From assembly GCA_033809755.1 (NCBI GenBank), contig JAPXLB010000003.1, positions 68,961 to 132,960 on the forward strand: DNA of 64,000 bases, read 5' to 3'. The DNA comes from Lentimicrobiaceae bacterium. GTDB taxonomy: Bacteria; Bacteroidota; Bacteroidia; Bacteroidales; UBA4417. A program made the translations under genes and the position numbers. How positions within the stretch are numbered: the stretch's first letter is position 1; each line of letters begins with the position of its first letter. Positions 28,592 through 38,334 of the stretch are shown here, in pieces. The notes beneath the pieces are model-generated. The model did no database searches and was not told where the DNA came from. It saw nothing but the letters and a program-made list of their open reading frames with translations.

Positions 28592-29599
28592 TTAAGATTT
28601 AATTTTTTCGTTTTTAACCTTACCGAACCGCTTTGGCTTGAAGCCCCTATTGATAAGCGGAGTAAAGGCATTCATAATTAGTATTGCAAACGATACCCCG
28701 TCGGGATATGCTCCCCAAACCCTTATTAGTACAGTTATAACCCCACATCCTATTCCAAAGATTAACTTACCTGTGTTCGACATTGGCGTGGTTACTAAAT
28801 CTGTTGCCATAAATATAGCTCCTAAAAATAAACCACCTGTAAGTATATGAAATAGCGGATTTATATATAAGTCGGGGTTGATTAACCAAAGTATTCCTGT
28901 AAAACAAAAGACTGTGAAGATATACGAGAATGGAATATGCCAAGTAATAACTTTACGTATTAGTAGATATAATCCGCCAAGTATGAGGGCTATAACTGAC
29001 ATTTCGCCAAGCGAACCGGCTCTTTCACCTACAAGAAACTGCATATATCCAGGCATTTCTTGCATTATTGCTTCCATTGTTTTGCCTGCTTTAAGACCTT
29101 CTTTAACCAATGTTAGTGATGTAGCACCCGAATAAGCGTCAGCTGCGGAAAAAAATTGATTGGTTGGTGCAGGAAACGTAGTCATATCGGCAGGAAAAGA
29201 TATTAACAAAAAAACACGTCCTACCAAAGCCGGATTAAACGGGTTGTTTCCTAAACCGCCAAACGACATCTTTGCTATTCCTATTGCTACAACAGCTCCA
29301 ATAACTACTTGCCACAGCGGCAGACTCGATGGAACATTAAATGCTAATAAAATTCCGGTTATAACCGCCGAGCCATCAGAAATTGTATTAGGCTTTTTTA
29401 ATAAAAATTTGGTTATCAAATATTCAACTACAACACAAGACACAACCGATACGGCTGTTACGATGAGCGATGATATTCCGAAAAACATTACCGCAACAAA
29501 TAACGCAGGTAAAAGAGCCAATACGACATTCCACATCATTTTTTGCACATTCTGATTGTCGTGAATGTGAGGTGAACCTGATATTGTGAGCATATTCAT
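28592..29599 (-). CDS. rnfD: Rnf complex subunit D
   Basis: 335-aa polytopic protein. ISGSPHIH start and a NqrB/RnfD-like sequence. Confidence 0.9.
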   Translation of the reverse strand: MNMLTISGSPHIHDNQNVQKMMWNVVLALLPALFVAVMFFGISSLIVTAVSVVSCVVVEYLITKFLLKKPNTISDGSAVITGILLAFNVPSSLPLWQVVIGAVVAIGIAKMSFGGLGNNPFNPALVGRVFLLISFPADMTTFPAPTNQFFSAADAYSGATSLTLVKEGLKAGKTMEAIMQEMPGYMQFLVGERAGSLGEMSVIALILGGLYLLIRKVITWHIPFSYIFTVFCFTGILWLINPDLYINPLFHILTGGLFLGAIFMATDLVTTPMSNTGKLIFGIGCGVITVLIRVWGAYPDGVSFAILIMNAFTPLINRGFKPKRFGKVKNEKIKS

Positions 29600-29602
29600 A
29601 TG

Positions 29603-30937
29603 TTATTTTTTTCTATTTCTAATTATTGTTCCTACAGTGTTTTTTCCAACTCTAATATAATCTAATAGTGAGCGATGGGCAGGACAAACGTACTGACAAA
29701 CACCACACTCAACACAGTCCATAATGTGGTTGTTTTCTGCCAATTCCCAATTCTTTACTATTACTGATTTTTCCAATAGATAAGGCTCAAGACCCATAGG
29801 ACAGGTTTCAACGCATTTAGCACAACGTATACAATTGCTTACGGTTTTTCTTGAAGAATCTTTTTCGTTGAGAAATAAAATTCCTGAAGTTCCTTTCATA
29901 ACAACTGCTTCAGTTGAAAAAACTGCTTTTCCCATCATAGGACCACCACTAACAACCTTATAAGTATCGACGGGCAAACCGCCAATATTGTTAATAATAT
30001 CATTTATTGGAGTACCAATTCTAATCATAAAATTATACGATTGCTCCAAAGATTTACCTGCAACAGTTACAACACGTTTTATTAGAGGAATATTTTTCAT
30101 AACCGCCTGATAAATAGCGTACGTAGTTCCAACATTTGAAACAACGCAATCAACTTCAAAAGGTAGTTTTCCCGATGGCACTTCCTTACCTGTAATAGCT
30201 TTAATAAGCTGTTTTTCGGCTCCCTGCGGATATTTAACCTTTAATGGAACTACCTGAACACCCTTATACTTTTGAACAATTTTTTGCATCGCTTCAATAG
30301 CATCAAGTTTGTTGTTTTCAATCCCAATGTAGCACTCATCAACTCCAATAGCTTTCATAATTACTGTAGCTCCGATTACCGCTTCTTCGGTATGTTCCAG
30401 CATCAGTCTATGGTCGGCTGTGAGATACGGCTCGCATTCTGCACCGTTTACAATAAGTGTGGTAACTTTTTTATCTTTCGGAATTGCAAACTTAACATTG
30501 GTCGGAAACGTAGCACCACCAAGACCTACAATTCCCATTTGCTGAATTTTATGGTTAATTGCATCTGCATCTAAATCGGTTGTGCTTATAATATCAGGCG
30601 AAAGGTCGGCAGTTTCAATCCATTGATCTTCTTCGGCTGAAATAAAAATGCTTGTAGCTTTGTATCCGCTTTGCGTAGTATATTCGTCGATTTTAGTAAC
30701 TTTTCCTGTTACGGAAGAATGGATATTAGCTGAAACAAAACCTGATGCTTCGGCTATTAGTTGTCCGGTTTTGACAAAATCGCCTTTATTAACTATTGGT
30801 TTAGATGGGGCACCTATGCTTTGAGCTATAGGTATAACAACTTCGCTAACAATAGGAAATTCGGTAATTGGAATACTTTTTGCCAACTTGTTTTCGGGAG
30901 GATGAACGCCACCTTTCCTAAATGTTTTAAGTCTCAT
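29603..30937 (-). CDS. rnfC: Rnf complex subunit C
   Basis: 444 aa. GIVGLGGATFPT and two ferredoxin motifs, CIRCAKCVETCP and CVECGVCQYVCP. Confidence 0.9.
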   Translation of the reverse strand: MRLKTFRKGGVHPPENKLAKSIPITEFPIVSEVVIPIAQSIGAPSKPIVNKGDFVKTGQLIAEASGFVSANIHSSVTGKVTKIDEYTTQSGYKATSIFISAEEDQWIETADLSPDIISTTDLDADAINHKIQQMGIVGLGGATFPTNVKFAIPKDKKVTTLIVNGAECEPYLTADHRLMLEHTEEAVIGATVIMKAIGVDECYIGIENNKLDAIEAMQKIVQKYKGVQVVPLKVKYPQGAEKQLIKAITGKEVPSGKLPFEVDCVVSNVGTTYAIYQAVMKNIPLIKRVVTVAGKSLEQSYNFMIRIGTPINDIINNIGGLPVDTYKVVSGGPMMGKAVFSTEAVVMKGTSGILFLNEKDSSRKTVSNCIRCAKCVETCPMGLEPYLLEKSVIVKNWELAENNHIMDCVECGVCQYVCPAHRSLLDYIRVGKNTVGTIIRNRKK

Positions 30938-30961
30938 TTATTCAGCTTTTTAGTTTATAAT

Positions 30962-31834
30962 TTACAATGCAACTTGTTCTGCACTTTCTACTTCATTTGC
31001 CTCAACTTTCTTTTTAATCGGAAAATTGATTTCCAGTATGGCTCCTGTTGGACAAACATCAACACACTTACGGCACAATTTGCATTTGTTGAAATCAATA
31101 TAAGCAAGGTTGTTTTCGATAGTAATAGCATCAAACGAGCAGTTTTTAGCACATATTCCGCAGCCAATACAAGCAACAGAACAATTCTTTTTTGCAACTG
31201 CACCTTTTTCTTTATTAACACACGACACGAAAACTCTTCTGTTTTTAGCACCTTTTTGTCGAAGCTCAATAATACTGCGAGGACATGCCTTAACGCAAGC
31301 ACTGCATGCTGTACACTTTTCTTCGTCAACTACAGGCAAACCGGTTTCAGGACTGATATGTATAGCATCGAATAAGCAACTCTCAACGCAATCGCCTAAA
31401 CCCAAACAGCCGTACGAGCACCCCGACTCTCCGCTGTACACCATATGAGCGTACGTACAGTTGTTCGCACCTTGATACATTGTTTTTGTGGCAGCATTGG
31501 TTTTGCTACCGTTGCAACGAACAACAGCAACCATCGGCTCGCTTTCGGTAGCTTGTAAACCCATAATCTCGCCTATAGCTTTCATGGTTTTACTACCACC
31601 AACGGGACAGTTAAGTCCTTCTAGACTTCCGGCTTTTACAATTTGTTCGGCGAGATTTCTGCAACCTGCATAGCCGCAACCGCCACAGTTAGCTCCGGGC
31701 AACGCATCGCTAACAAGGTCAATGCGAGGATCTTCAACGATTTTAAATTTTTGTGCAACAAAGTAAAGTATTATAGCAGCGAATACGCCTATACCCGATA
31801 AGGCAAGAACTGCGTAAAGAATTGTCTGACTCAC
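30962..31834 (-). CDS. rnfB: Rnf complex subunit B (polyferredoxin)
   Basis: N-terminal anchor, [14 protein letters not shown] and several CxxCxxCxxxCP clusters. Confidence 0.9.
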   Translation of the reverse strand: MSQTILYAVLALSGIGVFAAIILYFVAQKFKIVEDPRIDLVSDALPGANCGGCGYAGCRNLAEQIVKAGSLEGLNCPVGGSKTMKAIGEIMGLQATESEPMVAVVRCNGSKTNAATKTMYQGANNCTYAHMVYSGESGCSYGCLGLGDCVESCLFDAIHISPETGLPVVDEEKCTACSACVKACPRSIIELRQKGAKNRRVFVSCVNKEKGAVAKKNCSVACIGCGICAKNCSFDAITIENNLAYIDFNKCKLCRKCVDVCPTGAILEINFPIKKKVEANEVESAEQVAL

Positions 31835-31909
31835 GATTTTTTGTTTTAGTTTTTATAACAGCACAAAGATAATAATTAAATATTATTTTATTTTTAAACT
31901 AATAATATT

Positions 31910-32812
31910 TTACGATATTTTATTAACATTTTTTTGTTGAAAATTAATTTGCACTATCAACATACCTGCAAACATAATAAAACAGCCGAGTATTTCTTTC
32001 AATGCAAACTGTTCGTGTAAGACTAACCAACCGCCTACTAAGGCAAATACTGTTTCAAAACTCATTATCAGAGCTGCAAGTGAGGGTTCTACAAGTTTTT
32101 GTCCCATTACTTGTAGCGTATATGCTATACCTACCGATAAAATTCCTGCATATAAAAGCGGAATCAAAGTGCTTTGCATAATGCTTAATGATACATCTTC
32201 AAATATCATTGCAGGTATTAAACTCAACAATCCGGCAATCAAAAATTGCACAAATGCCAAGTTTAATGGCTGAACTTTTTTTAAACATTTGTCTATTACG
32301 TGTATGTGCACTGCCCAACATATTGCACTTATAAACAACAAGATATCGCCTTTTTCCAACCTAAATCCTTTTTGATACGTTAGCAGCATAAGTCCTATGA
32401 GTACTACCAAAATTCCTATCCATTTTTTTCTGCTCACTTTATGACCTAATGCCAATCCCAATAAGGGAACAAAAGCAATGTAAGTTCCTGAAATAAATCC
32501 TGCCTTGCCTGCTCCGGTATATACAATCCCCATTTGCTGCAATGATGATGCAATAAACAAAGCCAAACCTGCATAAATGCTCATTTTAAAATCAGACTTT
32601 GATATTGATTTAATACCCGAACGAATGCAAATAACCACCAACACCGTACCAGCACCGAGTAAAAATCTAAAGACATTGAAGTAAAAGGGACCCATCGTTT
32701 CCATACCTACACGTTGAGCCACAAAGGCAAAGCCCCAAATAATAGCAGCAATCCACAGATATGCGTAACCCGAAATATTTTTTAACGTCTGATTTTTATG
32801 CTCGCTGTTCAT
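31910..32812 (-). CDS. DMT-superfamily (EamA-type) transporter
   Basis: 300 aa, about 10 TM helices and duplicated EamA-like halves. Confidence 0.8.
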   Translation of the reverse strand: MNSEHKNQTLKNISGYAYLWIAAIIWGFAFVAQRVGMETMGPFYFNVFRFLLGAGTVLVVICIRSGIKSISKSDFKMSIYAGLALFIASSLQQMGIVYTGAGKAGFISGTYIAFVPLLGLALGHKVSRKKWIGILVVLIGLMLLTYQKGFRLEKGDILLFISAICWAVHIHVIDKCLKKVQPLNLAFVQFLIAGLLSLIPAMIFEDVSLSIMQSTLIPLLYAGILSVGIAYTLQVMGQKLVEPSLAALIMSFETVFALVGGWLVLHEQFALKEILGCFIMFAGMLIVQINFQQKNVNKIS

Positions 32813-32890
32813 TTGAATGATTAATTTTGTGCAAACTTATACAATTTTTTCTCTTGTAAAAGAATAGGTTTATTTTTATTGAAAGAATTT

Positions 32891-32990
32891 ATTAGCTATT
32901 GGCTTTTGGCTGTTAGCTATTGGCAATTAACAATTAGCAATTAGTAATGAACAATTAGTAATTATTGTTTAGCCCGAAGTTTCGGTATTA
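32891..32990. repeat. Heptamer block (TTAGC/TTGGC type, CAATTAG type) plus CCGAAGTTTCGG hairpin
   Basis: attagctattggcttttggctgttagctattggc aattaacaattagcaattagtaatgaacaattag ... cccgaagtttcgg. Confidence 0.8.
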
Positions 32991-33010
32991 TAGCAAAATT
33001 TGGCTTTAAA

Positions 33011-33302
33011 GGTTCTATTCTTTTTTATATGTTCTTTTGTCTGTGACACAAAAGAACCAAAAAGTCAAGGCTGACATTTCTTTTCTGAATTGCGTTCTCA
33101 TAAATCCTGAGTTCGTGCGGGTGATCTCCGAGCAAGCTCGGAGCTTCCCGCCCTCACTTGGGATTTATTTCGAACTCCATTCAGAAGAAATGTATGCCAT
33201 CCTTTTAAAGCTAAATTTTTGGCTATTGCTTTTCCTTACCGTGACAAATTATTTAAATGAAAAGAAGGAAGTGTATTTATTGCTAAAAAGTTTAACAAAG
33301 TT
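33011..33302 (+). repeat. Dispersed structured repeat R1, copy a
   Basis: Alignable by eye with 55707-55996. It has a 10-bp hairpin (33031-33057) and a ~120-nt rod (33074-33193) of four nested stems. G.U wobbles favour the + strand. Confidence 0.8.
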
Positions 33303-33346
33303 ACTGACTTACGCTTGTTTTACAGAAGCGAGCGAGATACAATCTC

Positions 33347-33562
33347 ACTCATTTAAAATTCTTTTTACGCAGAATATGTATAAAAGAAACGTTAAAAATT
33401 TCTGAATCCCTGTAAGAAATTTAGTTTCTTTTATACGGTTTTTATTGCCGAAAGGCAATAAAAAATTCCTTGTAAAAAGTGTCCTTTCTTTTGTTTCGTT
33501 TTCTTTGGACAAGCAAAGAAAATGAAAGAAACAAAATTGAAACCATAAAAGCTTATCGATTA
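33347..33562. repeat. Dispersed structured repeat R2, copy a
   Basis: Near-identical by eye to 45123-45337. Three perfect hairpins: 13+8 bp; TATTGCC-GAAA-GGCAATA; 9+9 bp. Confidence 0.8.
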
Positions 33563-33592
33563 CAAATAAAAGCATGATTGAGTTTGCTGGTG

Positions 33593-33645
33593 TCTATTGG
33601 CTGTTAGCCGTTGGCTAATGGCTAAAAGCCACGCAACACGTAAAC
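33593..33645. repeat. Heptamer block (TTGGC/TTAGC, GGCTAA) plus CACGCAACACGTAAAC
   Basis: tctattggctgttagccgttggctaatggctaaaagccacgcaacacgtaaac. Confidence 0.75.
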
Positions 33646-33769
33646 AATTTTACTCCGATTTTTGGAATATTTAGCCGATAAACGAGAATTATTTTAACAA
33701 ATTTCATATTTTTGGGGTTTTGAAAGTGAAAGTAAATACAATTAAATAATCTTATAAACACATTAAAAA

Positions 33770-34489
33770 ATGAATTTATTATTATTCAGTAACTCAACAA
33801 ATGCAGGCGAAAATTATCTAGGTTGGACTTTACCTTATTTGAAAGATTTTATTTCGCGTAAAAATTTAAAAAAATGTTTATTCTTCCCTTATGCAGGAGT
33901 AACTTCATCGTGGGACGATTACACAAAAAAAGTTGCCGATGTTTTTTCTCAATTTAATTGCGAAATAATTGGTGTTCACACACAAGATAACATCAAAGAA
34001 GCTATCAATCAGTGCGATGCTATAGTTGTTGGCGGCGGCAACACATTCAGACTTGTACAAACCATGCAGGATAACGGCTCGCTCGAATTAATCAGACAAA
34101 AAGCTATTGAAGGTATGCCATACATCGGTTGGAGTGCAGGTTCAAATATTACTTGTCCTACACTTTGTACAACCAACGATATGCCTATTATTGAGCCAAA
34201 GAGTTTTAAGACTTTAAATTTAATTCCATTCCAAATAAATCCGCATTACCTAGATGCTAATCCCGAAGGACACGGCGGCGAAACACGCGAACAACGAATT
34301 TTGGAATTTTTGGAATTAAATCAAGAAGTTACAGTTGTAGGTTTGAGAGAAGCTACAGCATTGTCGCTTGAAAACAACAATTTAAAACTCATAGGCAAAC
34401 GAAACATGCGTATATTTAAGTACGGAACCGAACCTATGGAAGTTGACAATGCTACCGATATCAACTATTTAATGCAATTGAACGCATAG
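33770..34489 (+). CDS. pepE: Dipeptidase E (peptidase S51)
   Basis: LLLFSNSTNAGENYL, VVGGGNTFRL, YIGWSAGSNI, TTNDMPI and GETREQRILEF. Confidence 0.85.
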   Translation: MNLLLFSNSTNAGENYLGWTLPYLKDFISRKNLKKCLFFPYAGVTSSWDDYTKKVADVFSQFNCEIIGVHTQDNIKEAINQCDAIVVGGGNTFRLVQTMQDNGSLELIRQKAIEGMPYIGWSAGSNITCPTLCTTNDMPIIEPKSFKTLNLIPFQINPHYLDANPEGHGGETREQRILEFLELNQEVTVVGLREATALSLENNNLKLIGKRNMRIFKYGTEPMEVDNATDINYLMQLNA

Positions 34490-34514
34490 TAAATAACTTT
34501 GTCGATTAAAATTT

Positions 34515-36044
34515 ATGAATCAAACCATATTAATTTTAGACTTCGGTTCGCAATACACTCAGCTTATAGCACGCAGAATACGTGAGCTCAGCGTTTACAG
34601 CGAAATTCATCCGTACAACAAAATACCTGAATTGGGTAGCAATATAAAAGGTATTATCCTGTCGGGAAGTCCTTTTTCAGTCTTAGATGACGATGCTCCG
34701 ACTATAGATATAAATTCCTTAAGAAATCGTTATCCAATTTTAGGTATTTGCTACGGAGCTCAGTATTTATCTCATAATTTGGGTGGAAAAGTCGAAAAAT
34801 CGACTGTAAGAGAGTACGGCAGAGCCAATTTGAGTTATATCGACAAGAATAGCGTTTTATTCAAAAACGTTGAGCTTAACTCGCAAGTTTGGATGAGCCA
34901 TGCCGATACTATAACACAGCTACCCGACAATTTTAACGTAATTGCAAGCACTGCCGATGTTAAGGTTGCAGCTTATAAAATTAACAACGAAAACACCTAC
35001 GGATTACAGTTTCACCCCGAAGTGTATCACAGTACAGACGGAAAAACAATTTTGAAAAATTTTGTTTTCGATGTTTGCGGATGCGAACAAAGTTGGACAC
35101 CTAAGTCGTACATTTCGGAAATGGTAAGCAAAATTAAAAATACCGTAGGAGACCAAAATGTCATTCTTGGCTTATCCGGTGGAGTTGATAGCACTGTTTG
35201 TGCCGTATTGCTGCACAAAGCCATTGGCGAGCAATTGCACTGTATTTTTATCGACAACGGTTTGCTTCGTAAAAATGAGTTCAGTTCTGTATTAGACTCT
35301 TACAAAGGCATGGGCTTGAACGTAAAAGGCGTTGATGCCGGAAACAAATTTTTAACAGCTTTAAAAGGCATAACAGACCCCGAAGCTAAGCGTAAAGCAA
35401 TAGGCAGGACTTTTATAGAAGTTTTCGACGAAGAAGCTAAAAAAATCGACAATGCCAATTGGTTAGCACAAGGCACAATTTATCCCGATGTTATTGAATC
35501 GGTTTCGGTTAAGGGACCTTCGGTAAGTATTAAAAGTCATCATAATGTCGGCGGTTTGCCCGACTATATGAAACTCAAATTAGTTGAGCCACTCAGAATG
35601 CTTTTTAAAGATGAAGTCAGAAAAATCGGTACCGAACTTAACATTGACCCGAATATTCTTAATCGACACCCTTTCCCAGGTCCCGGCTTGGGTATCAGAA
35701 TATTGGGAGATATTACAGCTGATAAAGTTAAAATCATACAAGAAGCCGATTATATTTTTATCGACCTTTTGAAAAAACGCGGACTATACGAAAAAGTGTG
35801 GCAAGCCGCTGCTATATTGTTACCAATTAAAAGCGTTGGAGTTATGGGAGACGAACGCACCTACGAAAACGTTGTTGCACTTCGTGCAGTAACTTCCACC
35901 GATGGCATGACCGCCGATTGGTATCACCTACCCTACGATTTTCTAACCGATGTCAGCAATCTGATAATAAACAATGTTAAGGGAATAAACAGAGTTGTTT
36001 ACGATATAAGCTCCAAACCACCTGCTACTATTGAGTGGGAGTAG
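34515..36044 (+). CDS. guaA: GMP synthase (glutamine-hydrolysing)
   Basis: 509 aa. [36 protein letters not shown] and a C-terminal PPATIEWE. Confidence 0.95.
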   Translation: MNQTILILDFGSQYTQLIARRIRELSVYSEIHPYNKIPELGSNIKGIILSGSPFSVLDDDAPTIDINSLRNRYPILGICYGAQYLSHNLGGKVEKSTVREYGRANLSYIDKNSVLFKNVELNSQVWMSHADTITQLPDNFNVIASTADVKVAAYKINNENTYGLQFHPEVYHSTDGKTILKNFVFDVCGCEQSWTPKSYISEMVSKIKNTVGDQNVILGLSGGVDSTVCAVLLHKAIGEQLHCIFIDNGLLRKNEFSSVLDSYKGMGLNVKGVDAGNKFLTALKGITDPEAKRKAIGRTFIEVFDEEAKKIDNANWLAQGTIYPDVIESVSVKGPSVSIKSHHNVGGLPDYMKLKLVEPLRMLFKDEVRKIGTELNIDPNILNRHPFPGPGLGIRILGDITADKVKIIQEADYIFIDLLKKRGLYEKVWQAAAILLPIKSVGVMGDERTYENVVALRAVTSTDGMTADWYHLPYDFLTDVSNLIINNVKGINRVVYDISSKPPATIEWE

Positions 36045-36080
36045 GTTATGGTGGTTGGTGAATGGTGGTGGTTGATGAGT
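36045..36080. repeat. G/T-rich heptamer module (GGTGGTT/GGTGAAT type) at the left edge of the island
   Basis: ggttatggtggttggtgaatggtggtggttgatgag starts directly after the guaA stop. Confidence 0.75.
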
Positions 36081-36485
36081 TTCCAGATACAAGAGTCTGT
36101 CCCGTATAGGTAACTTTTTGCTTTTGTTGCAATTGAATGTATTCTTAATAATACAAAACATGGACATAATTGTATTGTTGAAAATACAATTTTCGCACGA
36201 ATTAAACATTTATTCCGCCTAGATGATCATAAACAAAATTCCTAGAACTTTTCAAATTCTTGAAGTTTTAGGAATTTCACTTTGGGAATGTGGACGGTTT
36301 AGCGGCTGAAGAACAATGGTCATATGTATGAAACGTTGGGGATTGCGGGTTTCGTTTCTGTCTGCCGTTGCAAAAGTTGATGCGGAGCAGAACACTTCAT
36401 GTAACCAATTAACCCCATTGTTTTATACATGATGTTGTATGTTCGGCATTTTTTATCATTTATTCATACAAATATTTATTGTGCT

Positions 36486-37022
36486 CTACCAATTCAGTGC
36501 CTTGGTATACAGGCTCTCATTCTCTTTAAAATCATTGGGAAAGATTTTATAATCAATTCCATAATCTATTAGATATTGAAAAGAGCAATTGGTCTTATTT
36601 TTCTTTGAGAAATGATACAAGTTCCATAAATATCTTTTTGAAGAACCAGAAACACAAATTCTATTTATTTCATATTGGAATATTTTAAATTCAGTTGTTG
36701 ATATGTTTCCTGTTAATTTTAAATAGCAAATATAATCTATATAAGAAAACAACTTGTCAATTGAAACTTCCAGTTCACTACCATGAAATAAATCTCCGTA
36801 CCAATTTTGATTATAGTCAACTACATACATTGTTTTTGATAAATTCTGGTCAAATCTAAGTTTTTCCAGAATTTGATTGATAAATTCTGCACGTTTAGTT
36901 TTCAAACTTTTATGCCATTGCCAATAAACGAAAACACCACCAACGGCGATAAATATCAATGAAACTATTGTAAGCCAATTCTCAATAGTTAATTTTACAC
37001 ATAAGGTCATATTGTCATTCAT
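36486..37022 (-). CDS. Hypothetical membrane-anchored protein (island gene 5)
   Basis: 178 aa. One N-terminal TM helix (WLTIVSLIFIAVGGVFVYW). I recognised no motif. Confidence 0.55.
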   Translation of the reverse strand: MNDNMTLCVKLTIENWLTIVSLIFIAVGGVFVYWQWHKSLKTKRAEFINQILEKLRFDQNLSKTMYVVDYNQNWYGDLFHGSELEVSIDKLFSYIDYICYLKLTGNISTTEFKIFQYEINRICVSGSSKRYLWNLYHFSKKNKTNCSFQYLIDYGIDYKIFPNDFKENESLYTKALNW

Positions 37023-37083
37023 TATTTTCTACTATTTTCTTTAAGTTTAATTTGTTTCAAATCATCGGTTTTCTTTATGCTGA

Positions 37084-37171
37084 CACACAACGTCTTATAT
37101 ACGTAACAAATGTACAACATTCTTAAAAAAAGCAACTCATAATGTTATAAAAAACATATTTATTTAATCAA
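37084..37171 (-). promoter_or_regulatory. Island upstream module, copy C (short)
   Basis: gacacacaacgtcttATATACGTAACAAATGTACAACATTC...CATATTTATTTAATCAA aligns with the gene-proximal part of copies A and B. It lies 61-150 nt upstream of the 178-aa gene. Confidence 0.5.
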
Positions 37172-37445
37172 TAATAAAAATTAATGATACTTAAATGTTT
37201 GGCTCAACAGCAATATTAACTGCCAAATGCGATAAGGGAAGGAAAAGTTTCGTGTATAATAATTATGCTAACGGCTACGTATGTGGAAAGCAGACGATTG
37301 CGAGTTTAAACTAATAAAATCTTTACAATTTTTAAATGAGCTATAACCTCTGAATAACCTACTGAAAGTGCATTTTGTTATATCGCATGTTAAGTGTTAT
37401 TTATATTTTTAATTTATTGTCAATTGACAGTTTAAAATTTATGTA

Positions 37446-38129
37446 TTACATCATATCCTCAATATATTCTTTAAGAATTGAATTATTTATACTTTCTGTT
37501 AGCTCATGTGCTATTTGTCGTAATGATGTATATGCAGGATTATTCTCAAATAAAACGATTTGTCCGTTTACAATTAACTTTAATGAGTCATTTTGTTTAA
37601 ATTGATAATATTGGTTATTTATTTTAATGTCAAAATGATTTCCCCCGTCTTGTTCTGCTATTGAAAGAATTAATTTTTCTCTTGTCAAAATAAAACCGCT
37701 AGGATCATCGTAAATAACCTGATTATACCAATTTTCAAAATCTAATTTGTCGTTTTGCTGCCATTCGTTTTTATAAAATAATGGTTTAAAGGTGTACTTA
37801 TTTACATCATTAATCCCATTAATTTCTTTTATCACTAATCCCATATAAATTGGCATATAAATAACGGTGCAATTTCTCATCCCTTTAATAATAAAATTTG
37901 ACATTCCTCCCGATTTAGTAGATGAATCCCAATACGAAATAGAGTCTTTTTTCTCTAAGAGTTTAAGAGCTGATACATCACGGTTTTTATCTTTTAATAA
38001 ATTTCTTAAACTAACAGATATTCGTTTTATTTCGGTTATGTCTCCTTTATCATATTCTATACAAGATTTTTTGAGAAAGTAGTATTGTTCCCTAAAATTG
38101 TCTATTATTGCTAACTTGTCTCTTTTCAT
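37446..38129 (-). CDS. Hypothetical protein (island gene 4)
   Basis: 227-aa ORF, soluble. I recognised no motif. Confidence 0.55.
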   Translation of the reverse strand: MKRDKLAIIDNFREQYYFLKKSCIEYDKGDITEIKRISVSLRNLLKDKNRDVSALKLLEKKDSISYWDSSTKSGGMSNFIIKGMRNCTVIYMPIYMGLVIKEINGINDVNKYTFKPLFYKNEWQQNDKLDFENWYNQVIYDDPSGFILTREKLILSIAEQDGGNHFDIKINNQYYQFKQNDSLKLIVNGQIVLFENNPAYTSLRQIAHELTESINNSILKEYIEDMM

Positions 38130-38176
38130 TCGTTTTTATGTAAATAGCATGTTGATTAATTCCTTAAGTTAAATAG

Positions 38177-38312
38177 CACATAACGAAAACTGGTAGCCAT
38201 AATTGCCGGATTTACAGCACTTTCGCATCAATTTAGCACTTCGGTTCGTTAAAAGCACCAAAGTTTAAGTTGGCACAAAAGCCGGCAATTATCGGCTAAC
38301 ATATGTTATGTG
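38177..38312 (-). repeat. 136-nt imperfect inverted repeat E1, integron attC-like
   Basis: Termini CACATAAC (38177-38184) and GTTATGTG (38305-38312). Inner stem ATAATTGCCGG/CCGGCAATTAT plus TAGCC/GGCTA, with one bulged base (38293). Central region of ~70 nt. It starts 22 nt after the upstream gene's stop and ends 47 nt before the next ATG. Confidence 0.5.
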
Positions 38313-38334
38313 TATTTAATTATTTATCAATATA

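Noticed and set aside
33037-33575. ORFs 33037-33405 (+) and 33345-33575 (-)
   Set aside because: They lie entirely on the R1 and R2 repeats. The second copies of the repeats (55707-55996, 45123-45337) do not keep these frames open, and the sequence is dominated by hairpins.
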